Shown piece after piece: positions 35,201 to 49,640 of a DNA stretch of 64,000 bases. The notes under the pieces were generated by a model. The model did not search any database. It saw only the letters and a program-made list of their open reading frames with translations, and was not told where the DNA came from. Origin of the DNA: Eledone cirrhosa (lineage: Eukaryota); NCBI GenBank assembly GCA_964016885.1, contig OZ024761.1:11842001-11906000 (forward strand). Direction: 5' to 3'. The translations under genes and the position numbers were made by a program. Numbering within the stretch: the stretch's first letter is position 1; the number at the start of each line of letters is the position of its first letter.

Positions 35201-38200
35201 GGTTAATGACATAGACAGTGTCTTTCATTAGAAATATGGTAATAAGAGGGTTAATGACATAGACAGTGTCTTTCATTAGAAATATGGTAATAAGAGGGTT
35301 AATGACATAGACAGTGTCTTTCATTAGAAATATGGTAATAAGAGGGTTAATGACATAGACAGTGTCTTTCATTAGAAATATGGTAATAAGAGGGTTAATG
35401 ACATAGACAGTGTCTTTCATTAGAAATATGGTAATGAAAGGGTTAATGACATAGGTAGTGTCTTTCATTAGAAATATGGTAATGAAAAGGTTAATGGCAT
35501 GGACAGTGTCTTTCATTAGAAATATGGTAATAAGAGGGTTAATGACATAGACAGTGTCTTTCATTAGAAATATGGTAATAAGAGGGTTAATGACATAGAC
35601 AGTGTCTTTCATTAGAAATATGGTAATAAGAGGGTTAATGACATAGACAGTGTCTTTCATTAGAAATATGGTAATAAGAGGGTTAATGACATAGACAGTG
35701 TCTTTCATTAGAAATATGGTAATAAGAGGGTTAATGACATAGACAGTGTCTTTCATTAGAAATATGGTAATGAAAGGGTTAATGACATAGACAGTGTCTT
35801 TCATTAGAAATATGGTAATGAAAAGGTTAATGGCATGGACAGTGTCTTTCATTAGAAATATGGTAATAAGAGGGTTAATGACATAGACAGTGTCTTTCAT
35901 TAGAAATATGGTAATAAGAGGGTTAATGACATAGACAGTGTCTTTCATTAGAAATATGGTAATAAGAGGGTTAATGACATAGACAGTGTCTTTCATTAGA
36001 AATATGGTAATAAGAGGGTTAATGACATAGACAGTGTCTTTCATTAGAAATATGGTAATAAGAGGGTTAATGACATAGACAGTGTCTTTCATTAGAAATA
36101 TGGTAATGAAAGGGTTAATGACATAGACAGTGTCTTTCATTAGAAATATGGTAATAAGAGGGTTAATGACATAGACAGTGTCTTTCATTAGAAATATGGT
36201 AATGAAAGGGTTAATGACATAGACAGTGTCTTTCATTAGAAATATGGTAATAAGAGGGTTAATGACATAGACAGTGTCTTTCATTAGAAATATGGTAATG
36301 GAAGGGTTAATGACATAGACAGTGTCTTTCATTAGAAATATGGTAATAAGAGGGTTAATGACATAGACAGTGTCTTTCATTAGAAATATGGTAATAAGAG
36401 GGTTAATGACATAGACAGTGTCTTTCATTAGAAATATGGTAATGAAAGGGTTAATGACATAGACAGTGTCTTTCATTAGAAATATGGTAATAAGAGGGTT
36501 AATGACATAGACAGTGTCTTTCATTAGAAATATGGTAATGAAAGGGTTAATGACATAGACAGTGTCTTTCATTAGAAATATGGTAATAAGAGGGTTAATG
36601 ACATAGACAGTGTCTTTCATTAGAAATATGGTAATGGAAGGGTTAATGACATAGACAGTGTCTTTCATTAGAAATATGGTAATAAGAGGGTTAATGACAT
36701 AGACAGTGTCTTTCATTAGAAATATGGTAATGAAAGGGTTAATGACATAGACAGTGTCTTTCATTAGAAATATGGTAATAAGAGGGTTAATGACATAGAC
36801 AGTGTCTTTCATTAGAAATATGGTAATGAAAGGGTTAATGACATAGACAGTGTCTTTCATTAGAAATATGGTAATAAGAGGGTTAATGACATAGACAGTG
36901 TCTTTCATTAGAAATATGGTAATGGAAGGGTTAATGACATAGACAGTGTCTTTCATTAGAAATATGGTAATAAGAGGGTTAATGACATAGACAGTGTCTT
37001 TCATTAGAAATATGGTAATGAAAGGGTTAATGACATAGACAGTGTCTTTCATTAGAAATATGGTAATAAGAGGGTTAATGACATAGACAGTGTCTTTCAT
37101 TAGAAATATGGTAATAAGAGGGTTAATGACATAGACAGTGTCTTTCATTAGAAATATGGTAATAAGAGGGTTAATGACATAGACAGTGTCTTTCATTAGA
37201 AATATGGTAATGGAAGGGTTAATGACATAGACAGTGTCTTTCATTAGAAATATGGTAATAAGAGGGTTAATGACATAGACAGTGTCTTTCATTAGAAATA
37301 TGGTAATGGAAGGGTTAATGACATAGACAGTGTCTTTCATTAGAAATATGGTAATAAGAGGGTTAATGACATAGACAGTGTCTTTCATTAGAAATATGGT
37401 AATGAAAGGGTTAATGACATAGACAGTGTCTTGCATTAGAAATATGGTAATAAGAGGGTTAATGACATAGACAGTGTCTTTCATTAGAAATATGGTAATG
37501 GAAGGGTTAATGACATAGACAGTGTCTTTCATTAGAAATATGGTAATAAGAGGGTTAATGACATAGACAGTGTCTTTCATTAGAAATATGGTAATGAAAG
37601 GGTTAATGACATAGACAGTGTCTTTCATTAGAAATATGGTAATGGAAGGGTTAATGACATAGACAGTGTCTTTCATTAGAGATATGGTAATGAAAGGGTT
37701 AATGACATAGACAGTGTCTTTCATTAGAAATATGGTAATGAAAGGGTTAATGACATAGGTAGTGTCTTTCATTAGAAATATGGTAATAAGAGGGTTAATG
37801 ACATAGACAGTGTCTTTCATTAGAAATATGGTAATGGAAGGGTTAATGACATAGACAGTGTCTTTCATTAGAGATATGGTAATGAAAGGGTTAATGACAT
37901 AGACAGTGTCTTTCATTAGAAATATGGTAATGAAAGGGTTAATGACATAGACAGTGTCTTTCATTAGAAATATGGTAATGGAAGGGTTAATGACATAGAC
38001 AGTGTCTTTCATTAGAGATATGGTAATGAAAGGGTTAATGACATAGACAGTGTCTTTCATTAGAAATATGGTAATGGAAGGGTTAATGACATAGACAGTG
38101 TCTTTCATTAGAAATATGGTAATAAGAGGGTTAATGACATAGACAGTGTCTTTCATTAGAAATATGGTAATGAAAGGGTTAATGACATAGACAGTGTCTT

Positions 38201-41200
38201 TCATTAGAAATATGGTAATAAGAGGGTTAATGACATAGACAGTGTCTTTCATTAGAAATATGGTAATGGAAGGGTTAATGACATAGACAGTGTCTTTCAT
38301 TAGAGATATGGTAATGAAAGGGTTAATGACATAGACAGTGTCTTTCATTAGAAATATGGTAATGAAAGGGTTAATGTCATAGACAGTGTCTTTCATTAGA
38401 AATATGGTAATGAAAGGGTTAATGACATAGACAGTGTCTTTCATTAGAAATATGGTAATGAAAGGGTTAATGACATAGACAGTGTCTTTCATTAGAAATA
38501 TGGTAATGAAAGGGTTAACGACATAGACAGTGTCTTTCATTAGAAATATGGTAATAAGAGGGTTAATGACATAGACAGTGTCTTTCATTAGAAATATGGT
38601 AGTGAAAGGGTTAATGACATAGACAGTGTCTTTCATTAGAAATATGGTTATGAAAGGGTTAATGACATAGGTAGTGTCTTTCATTAGAAATATGGTAATG
38701 AAAGGGTTAATGACATAGACAGTGTCTTTCATTAGAAATATGGTAATGAAAGGGTTAATGACATAGGTAGTGTCTTTCATTAGAAATATGGTAATAAGAG
38801 GGTTAATGACATAGACAGTGTCTTTCATTAGAAATATGGTAATGAAAGGGTTAATGACATAGACAGTGTCTTTCATTAGAAATATGGTAATAAGAGGGTT
38901 AATGACATAGACAGTGTCTTTCATTAGAAATATGGTAATGAAAGGGTTAATGACATAGGTAGTGTCTTTCATTAGAAATATGGTAATAAGAGGGTTAATG
39001 ACATAGACAGTGTCTTTCATTAGAAATATGGTAATAAGAGGGTTAATGACATAGACAGTGTCTTTCATTAGAAATATGGTAATGAAAGGGTTAATGACAT
39101 AGACAGTGTCTTTCATTAGAAATATGGTAATAAGAGGGTTAATGACATAGACAGTGTCTTTCATTAGAAATATGGTAATGAAAGGGTTAATGACATAGGT
39201 AGTGTCTTTCATTAGAAATATGGTAATAAGAGGGTTAATGACATAGACAGTGTCTTTCATTAGAAATATGGTAATAAGAGGGTTAATGACATAGACAGTG
39301 TCTTTCATTAGAAATATGGTAATGAAAGGGTTAATGACATAGGTAGTGTCTTTCATTAGAAATATGGTAATAAGAGGGTTAATGACATAGACAGTGTCTT
39401 TCATTAGAAATATGGTAATAAGAGGGTTAATGACATAGACAGTGTCTTTCATTAGAAATATGGTAATGAAAGGGTTAATGACATAGACAGTGTCTTTCAT
39501 TAGAAATATGGTAATAAGAGGGTTAATGACATAGACAGTGTCTTTCATTAGAAATATGGTAATGAAAGGGTTAATGACATAGACAGTGTCTTTCATTAGA
39601 AATATGGTAATGAAAGGGTTAACGACATAGACAGTGTCTTTCATTAGAAATATGGTAATAAGAGGGTTAATGACATAGACAGTGTCTTTCATTAGAAATA
39701 TGGTAATGAAAGGGTTAATGACATAGACAGTGTCTTTCATTAGAAATATGGTTATGAAAGGGTTAATGACATAGACAGTGTCTTTCATTAGAAATATGGT
39801 AATGAAAGGGTTAATGACATAGGTAGTGTCTTTCATTAGAAATATGGTAATAAGAGGGTTAATGACATAGACAGTGTCTTTCATTAGAAATATGGTAATG
39901 AAAGGGTTAATGACATAGACAGTGTCTTTCATTAGAAATATGGTAATAAGAGGGTTAATGACATAGACAGTGTCTTTCATTAGAAATATGGTAATGAAAG
40001 GGTTAATGACATAGGTAGTGTCTTTCATTAGAAATATGGTAATAAGAGGGTTAATGACATAGACAGTGTCTTTCATTAGAAATATGGTAATGAAAGGGTT
40101 AATGACATAGACAGTGTCTTTCATTAGAAATATGGTAATAAGAGGGTTAATGACATAGACAGTGTCTTTCATTAGAAATATGGTAGTGAAAGGGTTAATG
40201 ACATGGACAGTGTCTTTCATTAGAAATATGGTTATGAAAGGGTTAATGACATAGACAGTGTCTTTTATTAGAAATATGGTAATGAAAGGGTTAATGACAT
40301 AGACAGTGTCTTTCATTAGAAATATGGTAATGAAAGGGTTAATGACATAGACAGTGTCTTTCATTAGAAATATGGTAATGAAAGGGTTAATGACATAGAC
40401 AGTGTCTTTCATTAGAAATATGGTAATGAAAGGGTTAATGACATAGACAGTGTCTTTCATTAGAAATATGGTAATGAAAGGGTTAATGACATAGACAGTG
40501 TCTTTCATTAGAAATATGGTAATAAGAGGGTTAATGACATAGACAGTGTCTTTCATTAGAAATATGGTAGTGAAAGGGTTAATGACATGGACAGTGTCTT
40601 TCATTAGAAATATGGTTATGAAAGGGTTAATGACATAGACAGTGTCTTTTATTAGAAATATGGTAATGAAAGGGTTAATGACATAGACAGTGTCTTTCAT
40701 TAGAAATATGGTAATGAAAGGGTTAATGACATAGACAGTGTCTTTCATTAGAAATATGGTAATGAAAGGGTTAATGACATAGACAGTGTCTTTCATTAGA
40801 AATATGGTAATGAAAGGGTTAATGACATGGACAGTGTCTTTCATTAGAAATATGGTAATGAAAAGGTTAATGACATAGACAGTGTCTTTCATTAGAAATA
40901 TGGTAATGAAAGGGTTAATGACATAGACAGTGTCTTTCATTAGAAATATGGTAATGAAAGGGTTAATGACATGGACAGTGTCTTTCATTAGAAATATGGT
41001 AATGAAAAGGTTAATGACATAGACAGTGTCTTTCATTAGAAATATGGTAATGAAAAGGTTAATGACATAGACAGTGTCTTTCATTAGAAATATGGTAATG
41101 AAAGGGTTAATGACATAGACAGTGTCTTTCTTTAGAAATATGAAATGAAAGGGTTAATGACATAGACAGTGTCTTTCATTAGAAATATGGTAATGAAAGA

Positions 41201-44200
41201 GTTAATATGGTAATGAAATATGGTAATGAAAGGGTTAATGACATAGACAGTGTCTTTCATTAGAAATATGGTAATGAAAGGGTTAATGACATAGACAGTG
41301 TCTTTCATTAGAAATATGGTAATGAAAGGGTTAAAGACATAGACAGTGTCTTTCATTAGAAATATGGTTATGAAAGGGTTAATGACATAGACAGTGTCTT
41401 TCATTAGAAATATGGTAATGAAAGGGTTAATGACATAGACAGTGTCTTTCATTAGAAATATGGTTATGAAAGTGTTAATGACATAGACAGTGTCTTTCAT
41501 TAGAAATATGGTAATGAAAGGGTTAATGACATAGACAGTGTCTTTCATTAGAAATATGGTTATGAAAGGGTTAATGACATAGACAGTGTCTTTCATTAGA
41601 AATATGGTAATGAAAGGGTTAAAGACATAGACAGTGTCTTTCATTAGAAATATGGTTATGAAAGGGTTAATGACATAGACAGTGTCTTTCATTAGAAATA
41701 TGGTAATGAAAGGGTTAATGACATAGACAGTGTCTTTCTTTAGAAATATGGTAATGAAAGGGTTAATGACATAGGTAGTGTCTTTCATTAGAAATATGGT
41801 AATGAAAGGGTTAATGACATAGACAGTGTCTTTCATTAGAAATATGGTAATGAAAGGGTTAATGACATAGACAGTGTCTTTCATTAGAAATATGGTAATG
41901 AAAGGGTTAATGACATAGACAGTGTCTTTCATTAGAAATATGGTAATGAAAGGGTTAATGACATAGACAGTGTCTTTCATTAGAAATATGGTAATGAAAG
42001 GGTTAATGACATAGACAGTGTCTTTCATTAGAAATATGATAATGAAAGGGTTGATGACATAGACAGTGTCTTTCATTAGAAATATGGTAATGACAGGGTT
42101 AATGACATAGACAGTGTCTTTCACTAGAAATATGGTAATGAAAGGGTTAATGACATAGACAGTGTCTTTCACTAGAAATATGGTAATGAAAGGGTTAATG
42201 ACATAGACAGTGTCTTTCATTAGAAATATGGTAATGAAAGGGTTAATGACATAGACAGTGTCTTTCACTAGAAATATGGTAATGAAAGGGTTAATGACAT
42301 AGACAGTGTCTTTCATTAGAAATATGGTTATGAAAGGGTTAATGACATAGACAGTGTCTTTCATTAGAAATATGGTAATGAAAGGGTTAAAGACATAGAC
42401 AGTGTCTTTCATTAGAAATATGGTAATGAAAGGGTTAATGACATAGACAGTGTCTTTCATTAGAAATATTGTTATGAAAGGGTTAAAGACATAGACAGTG
42501 TCTTTCATTAGAAATATGGTAATGAAAGGGTTAATGACATAGATAGTGTCTTTCATTAGAAATATGGTAATGAAATGGTTAAAGACATAGACAGTGTCTT
42601 TCATTAGAAATATGGTAATGAAAGGGTTAATGACATAGACAGTGTCTTTCATTAGAAATATGGTTATGAAAGGGTTAAAGACATAGACAGTGTCTTTCAT
42701 TAGAAATATGGTAATGAAAGGGTTAATGACATAGATAGTGTCTTTCATTAGAAATATGGTAATGAAATGGTTAAAGACATAGACAGTGTCTTTCATTAGA
42801 AATATGGTAATGAAAGAGTTAATATGGTAATGAAATATGGTAATGAAAGGGTTAATGACATAGACAGTGTCTTTCATTAGAAATATGGTAATGAAAGGGT
42901 TAATGACATAGACAGTGTCTTTCATTAGAAATATGGTAATGAAAGGGTTAATGACATAGACAGTGTCTTTCATTAGAAATATGGTTATGAAAGGGTTAAT
43001 GACATAGACAGTGTCTTTCATTAGAAATATGGTAATGAAAGGGTTAAAGACATAGACAGTGTCTTTCATTAGAAATATGGTTATGAAAGGGTTAATGACA
43101 TAGACAGTGACTTTCATTAGAAATATGGTAATGAAAGGGTTAATGACATAGACAGTGTCTTTCTTTAGAAATATGGTAATGAAAGGGTTAATGACATAGG
43201 TAGTGTCTTTCATTAGAAATATGGTAATGAAAGGGTTAATGACATAGGTAGTGTCTTTCATTAGAAATATGGTAATGAAAGGGTTAATGACATAGACAGT
43301 GTCTTTCATTAGAAATATGGTAATGAAAGGGTTAATGACATAGACAGTGTCTTTCATTAGAAATATGGTAATGAAAGGGTTAATGACATAGACAGTGTCT
43401 TTCATTAGAAATATGGTAATGAAAGGGTTAAAGACATAGACAGTGTCTTTCATTAGAAATATGGTAATGAAAGGGTTAATGACATAGACAGTGTCTTTCA
43501 TTAGAAATATTGTTATGAAAGGGTTAAAGACATAGACAGTGTCTTTCATTAGAAATATGGTAATGAAAGGGTTAATGACATAGATAGTGTCTTTCATTAG
43601 AAATATGGTAATGAAATGGTTAAAGACATAGACAGTGTCTTTCATTAGAAATATGGTAATGAAAGGGTTAATGACATAGACAGTGTCTTTCATTAGAAAT
43701 ATGGTTATGAAAGGGTTAAAGACATAGACAGTGTCTTTCATTAGAAATATGGTAATGAAAGGGTTAATGACATAGATAGTGTCTTTCATTAGAAATATGG
43801 TAATGAAATGGTTAAAGACATAGACAGTGTCTTTCATTAGAAATATGGTAATGAAAGAGGTAATATGGTAATGAAATATGGTAATGAAAGGGTTAATGAC
43901 ATAGACAGTGTCTTTCATTAGAAATATGGTAATGAAAGGGTTAATGACATAGACAGTGTCTTTCATTAGAAATATGGTAATGAAAGGGTTAATGACATAG
44001 ACAGTGTCTTTCATTAGAAATATGGTTATGAAAGGGTTAATGACATAGACAGTGTCTTTCATTAGAAATATGGTAATGAAAGGGTTAAAGACATAGACAG
44101 TGTCTTTCATTAGAAATATGGTTATGAAAGGGTTAATGACATAGACAGTGACTTTCATTAGAAATATGGTAATGAAAGGGTTAATGACATAGACAGTGTC

Positions 44201-46722
44201 TTTCTTTAGAAATATGGTAATGAAAGGGTTAATGACATAGGTAGTGTCTTTCATTAGAAATATGGTAATGAAAGGGTTAATGACATAGGTAGTGTCTTTC
44301 ATTAGAAATATGGTAATGAAAGGGTTAATGACATAGACAGTGTCTTTCATTAGAAATATGGTAATGAAAGGGTTAATGACATAGACAGTGTCTTTCATTA
44401 GAAATATGGTAATGAAAGGGTTAATGACATAGACAGTGTCTTTCATTAGAAATATGGTAATGAAAGGGTTAATGACATAGACAGTGTCTTTCATTAGAAA
44501 TATGATAATGAAAGGGTTGATGACATAGACAGTGTCTTTCATTAGAAATATGGTAATGACAGGGTTAATGACATAGACAGTGTCTTTCACTAGAAATATG
44601 GTAATGAAAGGGTTAATGACATAGACAGTGTCTTTCACTAGAAATATGGTAATGAAAGGGTTAATGACATAGACAGTGTCTTTCATTAGAAATATGGTTA
44701 TGAAAGGGTTAATGACATAGACAGTGTCTTTCATTAGAAATATGGTAATGAAAGGGTTAAAGACATAGACAGTGTCTTTCATTAGAAATATGGTTATGAA
44801 AGGGTTAATGACATAGACAGTGACTTTCATTAGAAATATGGTAATGAAAGGGTTAATGACATAGACAGTGTCTTTCTTTAGAAATATGGTAATGAAAGGG
44901 TTAATGACATAGGTAGTGTCTTTCATTAGAAATATGGTAATGAAAGGGTTAATGACATAGGTAGTGTCTTTCATTAGAAATATGGTAATGAAAGGGTTAA
45001 TGACATAGACAGTGTCTTTCATTAGAAATATGGTAATGAAAGGGTTAATGACATAGACAGTGTCTTTCATTAGAAATATGGTAATGAAAGGGTTAATGAC
45101 ATAGACAGTGTCTTTCATTAGAAATATGGTAATGAAAGGGTTAATGACATAGACAGTGTCTTTCATTAGAAATATGATAATGAAAGGGTTGATGACATAG
45201 ACAGTGTCTTTCATTAGAAATATGGTAATGACAGGGTTAATGACATAGACAGTGTCTTTCACTAGAAATATGGTAATGAAAGGGTTAATGACATAGACAG
45301 TGTCTTTCACTAGAAATATGGTAATGAAAGGGTTAATGACATAGACAGTGTCTTTCATTAGAAATATGGTTATGAAAGGGTTAATGACATAGACAGTGTC
45401 TTTCATTAGAAATATGGTAATGAAAGGGTTAAAGACATAGACAGTGTCTTTCATTAGAAATATGGTAATGAAAGGGTTAATGACATAGACAGTGTCTTTC
45501 ATTAGAAATATTGTTATGAAAGGGTTAAAGACATAGACAGTGTCTTTCATTAGAAATATGGTAATGAAAGGGTTAATGACATAGATAGTGTCTTTCATTA
45601 GAAATATGGTAATGAAATGGTTAAAGACATAGACAGTGTCTTTCATTAGAAATATGGTAATGAAAGGGTTAATGACATAGACAGTGTCTTTCATTAGAAA
45701 TATGGTTATGAAAGGGTTAAAGACATAGACAGTGTCTTTCATTAGAAATATGGTAATGAAAGGGTTAATGACATAGACAGTGTCTTTCATTAGAAATATG
45801 GTAATGAAAGGGTTAATGACATAGACAGTGTCTTTCATTAGAAATATGGTAATGAAAGGGTTAATGACATAGACAGTGTCTTTCATTAGAAATATGGTAA
45901 TGAAATGGTTAAAGACATAGACAGTGTCTTTCATTAGAAATATGGTAATGAAAGGGTTAATGACATAGACAGTGTCTTTCATTAGAAATATGGTAATGAA
46001 AGGGTTAAAGACATAGACAGTGTCTTTCATTAGAAATATGGTAATGAAAGGGTTAATGACATAGACAGTGTCTTTCATTAGAAATATGGTAATGAAATGG
46101 TTAAAGACATAGACAGTGTCTTTCATTAGAAATATGGTAATGAAAGGGTTAATGACATAGACAGTGTCTTTCATTAGAAATATGGTAATGAAATGGTTAA
46201 AGACATAGACAGTGTCTTTCATTAGAAATATGGTAATGAAAGGGTTAATGACATAGACAGTGTCTTTCATTAGAAATATGGTTATGAAAGGGTTAAAGAC
46301 ATAGACAGTGTCTTTCATTAGAAATATGGTAATGAAAGGGTTAATGACATAGACAGTGTCTTTCATTAGAAATATGGTTATGAAAGGGTTAAAGACATAG
46401 GCAGTGTCTTTCATTAGAAATATGGTAATGAAAGGGTTAATGACATAGACAGTGTCTTTCATTAGAAATATGGTAATGAAAGGGTTAATGACATGGACAG
46501 TGTCTTTCATTAGAAATATGGTTATGAAAGGGTTAAAGACATAGACAGTGTCTTTCATTAGAAATATGGTAATGAAAGGGTTAATGACATGGACAGTGTC
46601 TTTCATTAGAAATATGGTAATGAAAGGGTGAATGACATAGACAGTGTCTTTCATTAGAAATATGGTAATGAAATGGTTAAAGACATAGACAGTGTCTTTC
46701 ATTAGAAATATGGTAATGAAAG
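32232..46722. repeat. 48-bp satellite, ~300 copies, with higher-order structure
   Basis: Unit CATAGACAGTGTCTTTCATTAGAAATATGGTAATGAAAGGGTTAATGA. Confidence 0.98.
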
Positions 46723-47118
46723 CTGGATGGCGAGGAGGTTAGAAACTTTGCTGATATGAATTGAGTGGAAAAGTGGAAAAGGTGTCGATGAATTTGGTAG
46801 AGCATGATAGGGTAGAGCAAGTGTAGGGTGTCCATAGTCCATATCTAACCCCACCACGTGTACATACATTAATGATTATTTGATATGAATAAAACTAGTG
46901 GTGAATGTTATAAAGTGAAATGGAGTGAGGTGTTACATAAAATTATGCTGTATAGCTTATAGATAAACAACAAATTTAAATAGAACAAAGTATCGTGACA
47001 TGAGTCTAGCAAGGAGGGGTGGGGTATAAAAAAGGATTAAAATAAACAGTTTTGCTTTGTATCATAGATCCAAGGGGCAGTTTCTAGCCCTGGTTGTCAT
47101 CAAAATCAAAACAGTTGC

Positions 47119-47326
47119 CCCTTTAACATTTACATTACTCTATATATACTATTGTATTTTCACAGTAAAGGCTTTACCTCACATAATATCAAATCTATGA
47201 GATATTGATGTTATTTATATTAAGAAAAATACCTTAACACCAGTATGAGTGGCCAGATATGGCCGGTTTGAACAGAAAGAGGTGAGAAAATTCTGGCCAG
47301 ATATGGCAGGTTTAAATGCTAAATGG
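47119..47326. mobile_element. piggyBac-like MITE copy
   Basis: CCCTTTAACATTTA..TAAATGCTAAATGG-TTAA; single 72-bp-unit sequence. Confidence 0.8.
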
Positions 47327-47395
47327 TTAAAGGTTTGTCCCTGCTACTGGCTTTCTATTGTATTCATATAATTTTAGAGGGCTTTAGTTGATACA

Positions 47396-47545
<150 letters not shown>

Positions 47546-47915
47546 TAGGCCGTCAGATAAGATTGCACAGTGTTTAAATTTGACCTATAAATATGTGACT
47601 ATACCTTAAAAGGTTTGCTTCTATTCCACCATATTGTATTCATTACTTCAGTGGTTATGACCTATATTTTCGGTGCCAGAGAGTCATTATCTCTTTACTC
47701 TTAACTCTGTCAGCTGACTTAACTCATTCTCTCTTCTACTGTTTTCAGTCATTAGACTGCGGCCACGCTGGGGCACCACCTTGAAGTAATTTACTTGATC
47801 ATATCAACCCCAGTATATTTATATATTTCTCTTTTTCAAGTCTAATACTTATTTTATTGATGTCTTTTTGTTAAATTGTTTTGCTTCTGGACATAAACAG
47901 TAAACACGCACACAG

Positions 47916-47979
<64 letters not shown>

Positions 47980-48016
47980 CATAACTGGGTGCTTTTTTGC
48001 GAGGTTTTTGATATGA

Positions 48017-48220
48017 GTACTATACGAACATGCCAGACAACAACACGACGGTAACATAGACAACATAGAAATTAGAATAATATCTAAACATAGAAATGAC
48101 CCAGCAGATAGGCAAATCAGAGAGGCTAGTGAAATAGAACTTAGAAGGCCAAGGCTAAACAGAAAAAATGAATGGAATAACAACACCCAAACAAACAACA
48201 CTGACCTAAGAGAAGTATAA
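48017..48220 (+). pseudogene. Penelope-like GIY-YIG endonuclease C-terminal fragment
   Basis: Manual translation VLYEHARQQHDGNIDNIEIRIISKHRNDPADRQIREASEIELRRPRLNRKNEW.. fits the PLE H..H..R.I.EA..I..LN..EW pattern. Confidence 0.7.
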
Positions 48221-48464
48221 ATAAATAAATAAATAAATACATACACAAGCACAATAACAACCAACACATATAAACACACACTAGTAAAGATAGAATACAT
48301 TAACCAATACACAGTCACCCAAACACGAAGACACATCAAACAAAACACTATACACACACGCAAACGCATGCGCAAAGAAGACAAAAAAATAAACAAATAA
48401 ATATATAAACAGACTAAATAAAGATGGCGTAGACATATGATGCAACGGGAGGAAACAATAGCAC

Positions 48465-48502
48465 CACTGACGATGTTGCAGATGTGCAATGAAAGAACTT
48501 TG
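48465..48502 (+). ncRNA. Hammerhead motif in the 3' region of the Penelope-like relic
   Basis: CA-CTGACGA-TGTTGCA GATG TGCAAT-GAAA-GAAC-TT-TG; stems I and III minimal. Confidence 0.55.
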
Positions 48503-48900
48503 AAAAACTATATATATATGTTTGTGTCTATATTGTATCTGTATTTTTGACCGTTGGTCAGTCAATGGCAACATTGAGGACCGAATAAATTAAATTAACC
48601 GATATAAAAGACAGCGAGAAGCGAAAACCAACCAAACAGTGAGTGTGTTCTGTTATTAATTCTGGCAATATTACACAAATATGACCCTCCCCAAGTATAA
48701 CAATATATATATACACACATATATATATATATATATATATATGTGTGTCTGTGTGTGTGTGTGTTACGATGCAACACAGATTCTGTGTTCCATTATTCTC
48801 ATAAAATTGATCCACTGCACTGGAAGAGCATAGAGTGCTCATCCGGCATACCCCCTACAGACGCAATTATTCTTACACCTATATTTGAGAATATATATAT

Positions 48901-49314
48901 GGTTGGCTTATATTTTAGTATAATATATATGTATATATAGGATCGGCTTATATTTGAGTATATATACTTATGGTCGGCTTATATTTAAGTATCTATACAT
49001 ATATATATATATAAAAATTAGAGTTAAAACTCAATTAGAACCCTGTAACTATTAAGCTCAAAGTATAAATACTGAGCCAATTAATAATATATAGTAAGAA
49101 ACACAGTAAACCGTGTGTCTAAAATTACAAGGGTTGAAAAACCACATTTGTTTGAAATATTTAACCAAGAAGCAGACAGAATGATAAAATATACAAACCT
49201 ATTGAGGCGGTTTGTATATTTTATCATTCTGTCTGCTTCTTTGTTAAATATTTCAAACAAATGTGGTTTTTCAACCCTTGTAATTTTAGACACACGGTTT
49301 ACTGTGTTTCTTAC

Positions 49315-49346
<32 letters not shown>

Positions 49347-49640
49347 GCAGTCAGCTTATATTTGAGTATATATATGCAGTTAGCTTATATTTGAGTATAT
49401 ATATATGGTCGGCTTATATTTGAGTATATATATACAGTTAGCTTATATTTGAGTATATATGGTCGGCTTATATTTGAGTATATATATATGGTCGGCTTAT
49501 ATTTGAGTATATATATATATACAGATAGCTTATATTTGAGTATATATATATATGGTCAGCTTATATTTGAGTATATATATATATAGAGTCTCCTTATATT
49601 TGAGCATATATATATATACGGTTAGCTTATATTTGAATAT
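48901..49640. repeat. GGTCGGCTTATATTTGAGTATATA motif repeated with variable (TA)n spacers
   Basis: ~12 copies; interrupted by the 49084-49324 hairpin. Confidence 0.85.
49084..49324. repeat. Near-perfect 116-bp-arm inverted repeat, 9-nt loop
   Basis: Arms 49084-49199 and 49209-49324, one mismatch seen; mirrored ORFs in the track. Confidence 0.95.

Noticed and set aside
32082-46702. 3000-aa and 1856-aa minus-strand ORFs
   Set aside because: A 48-bp unit divisible by three with no stop in one frame; variants are mostly non-synonymous and there is no unique domain or gene structure
32232-46722. Telomere-like AGGGTT in the satellite
   Set aside because: Single hexamer per monomer; better explained as a GGG-TTAA transposon end
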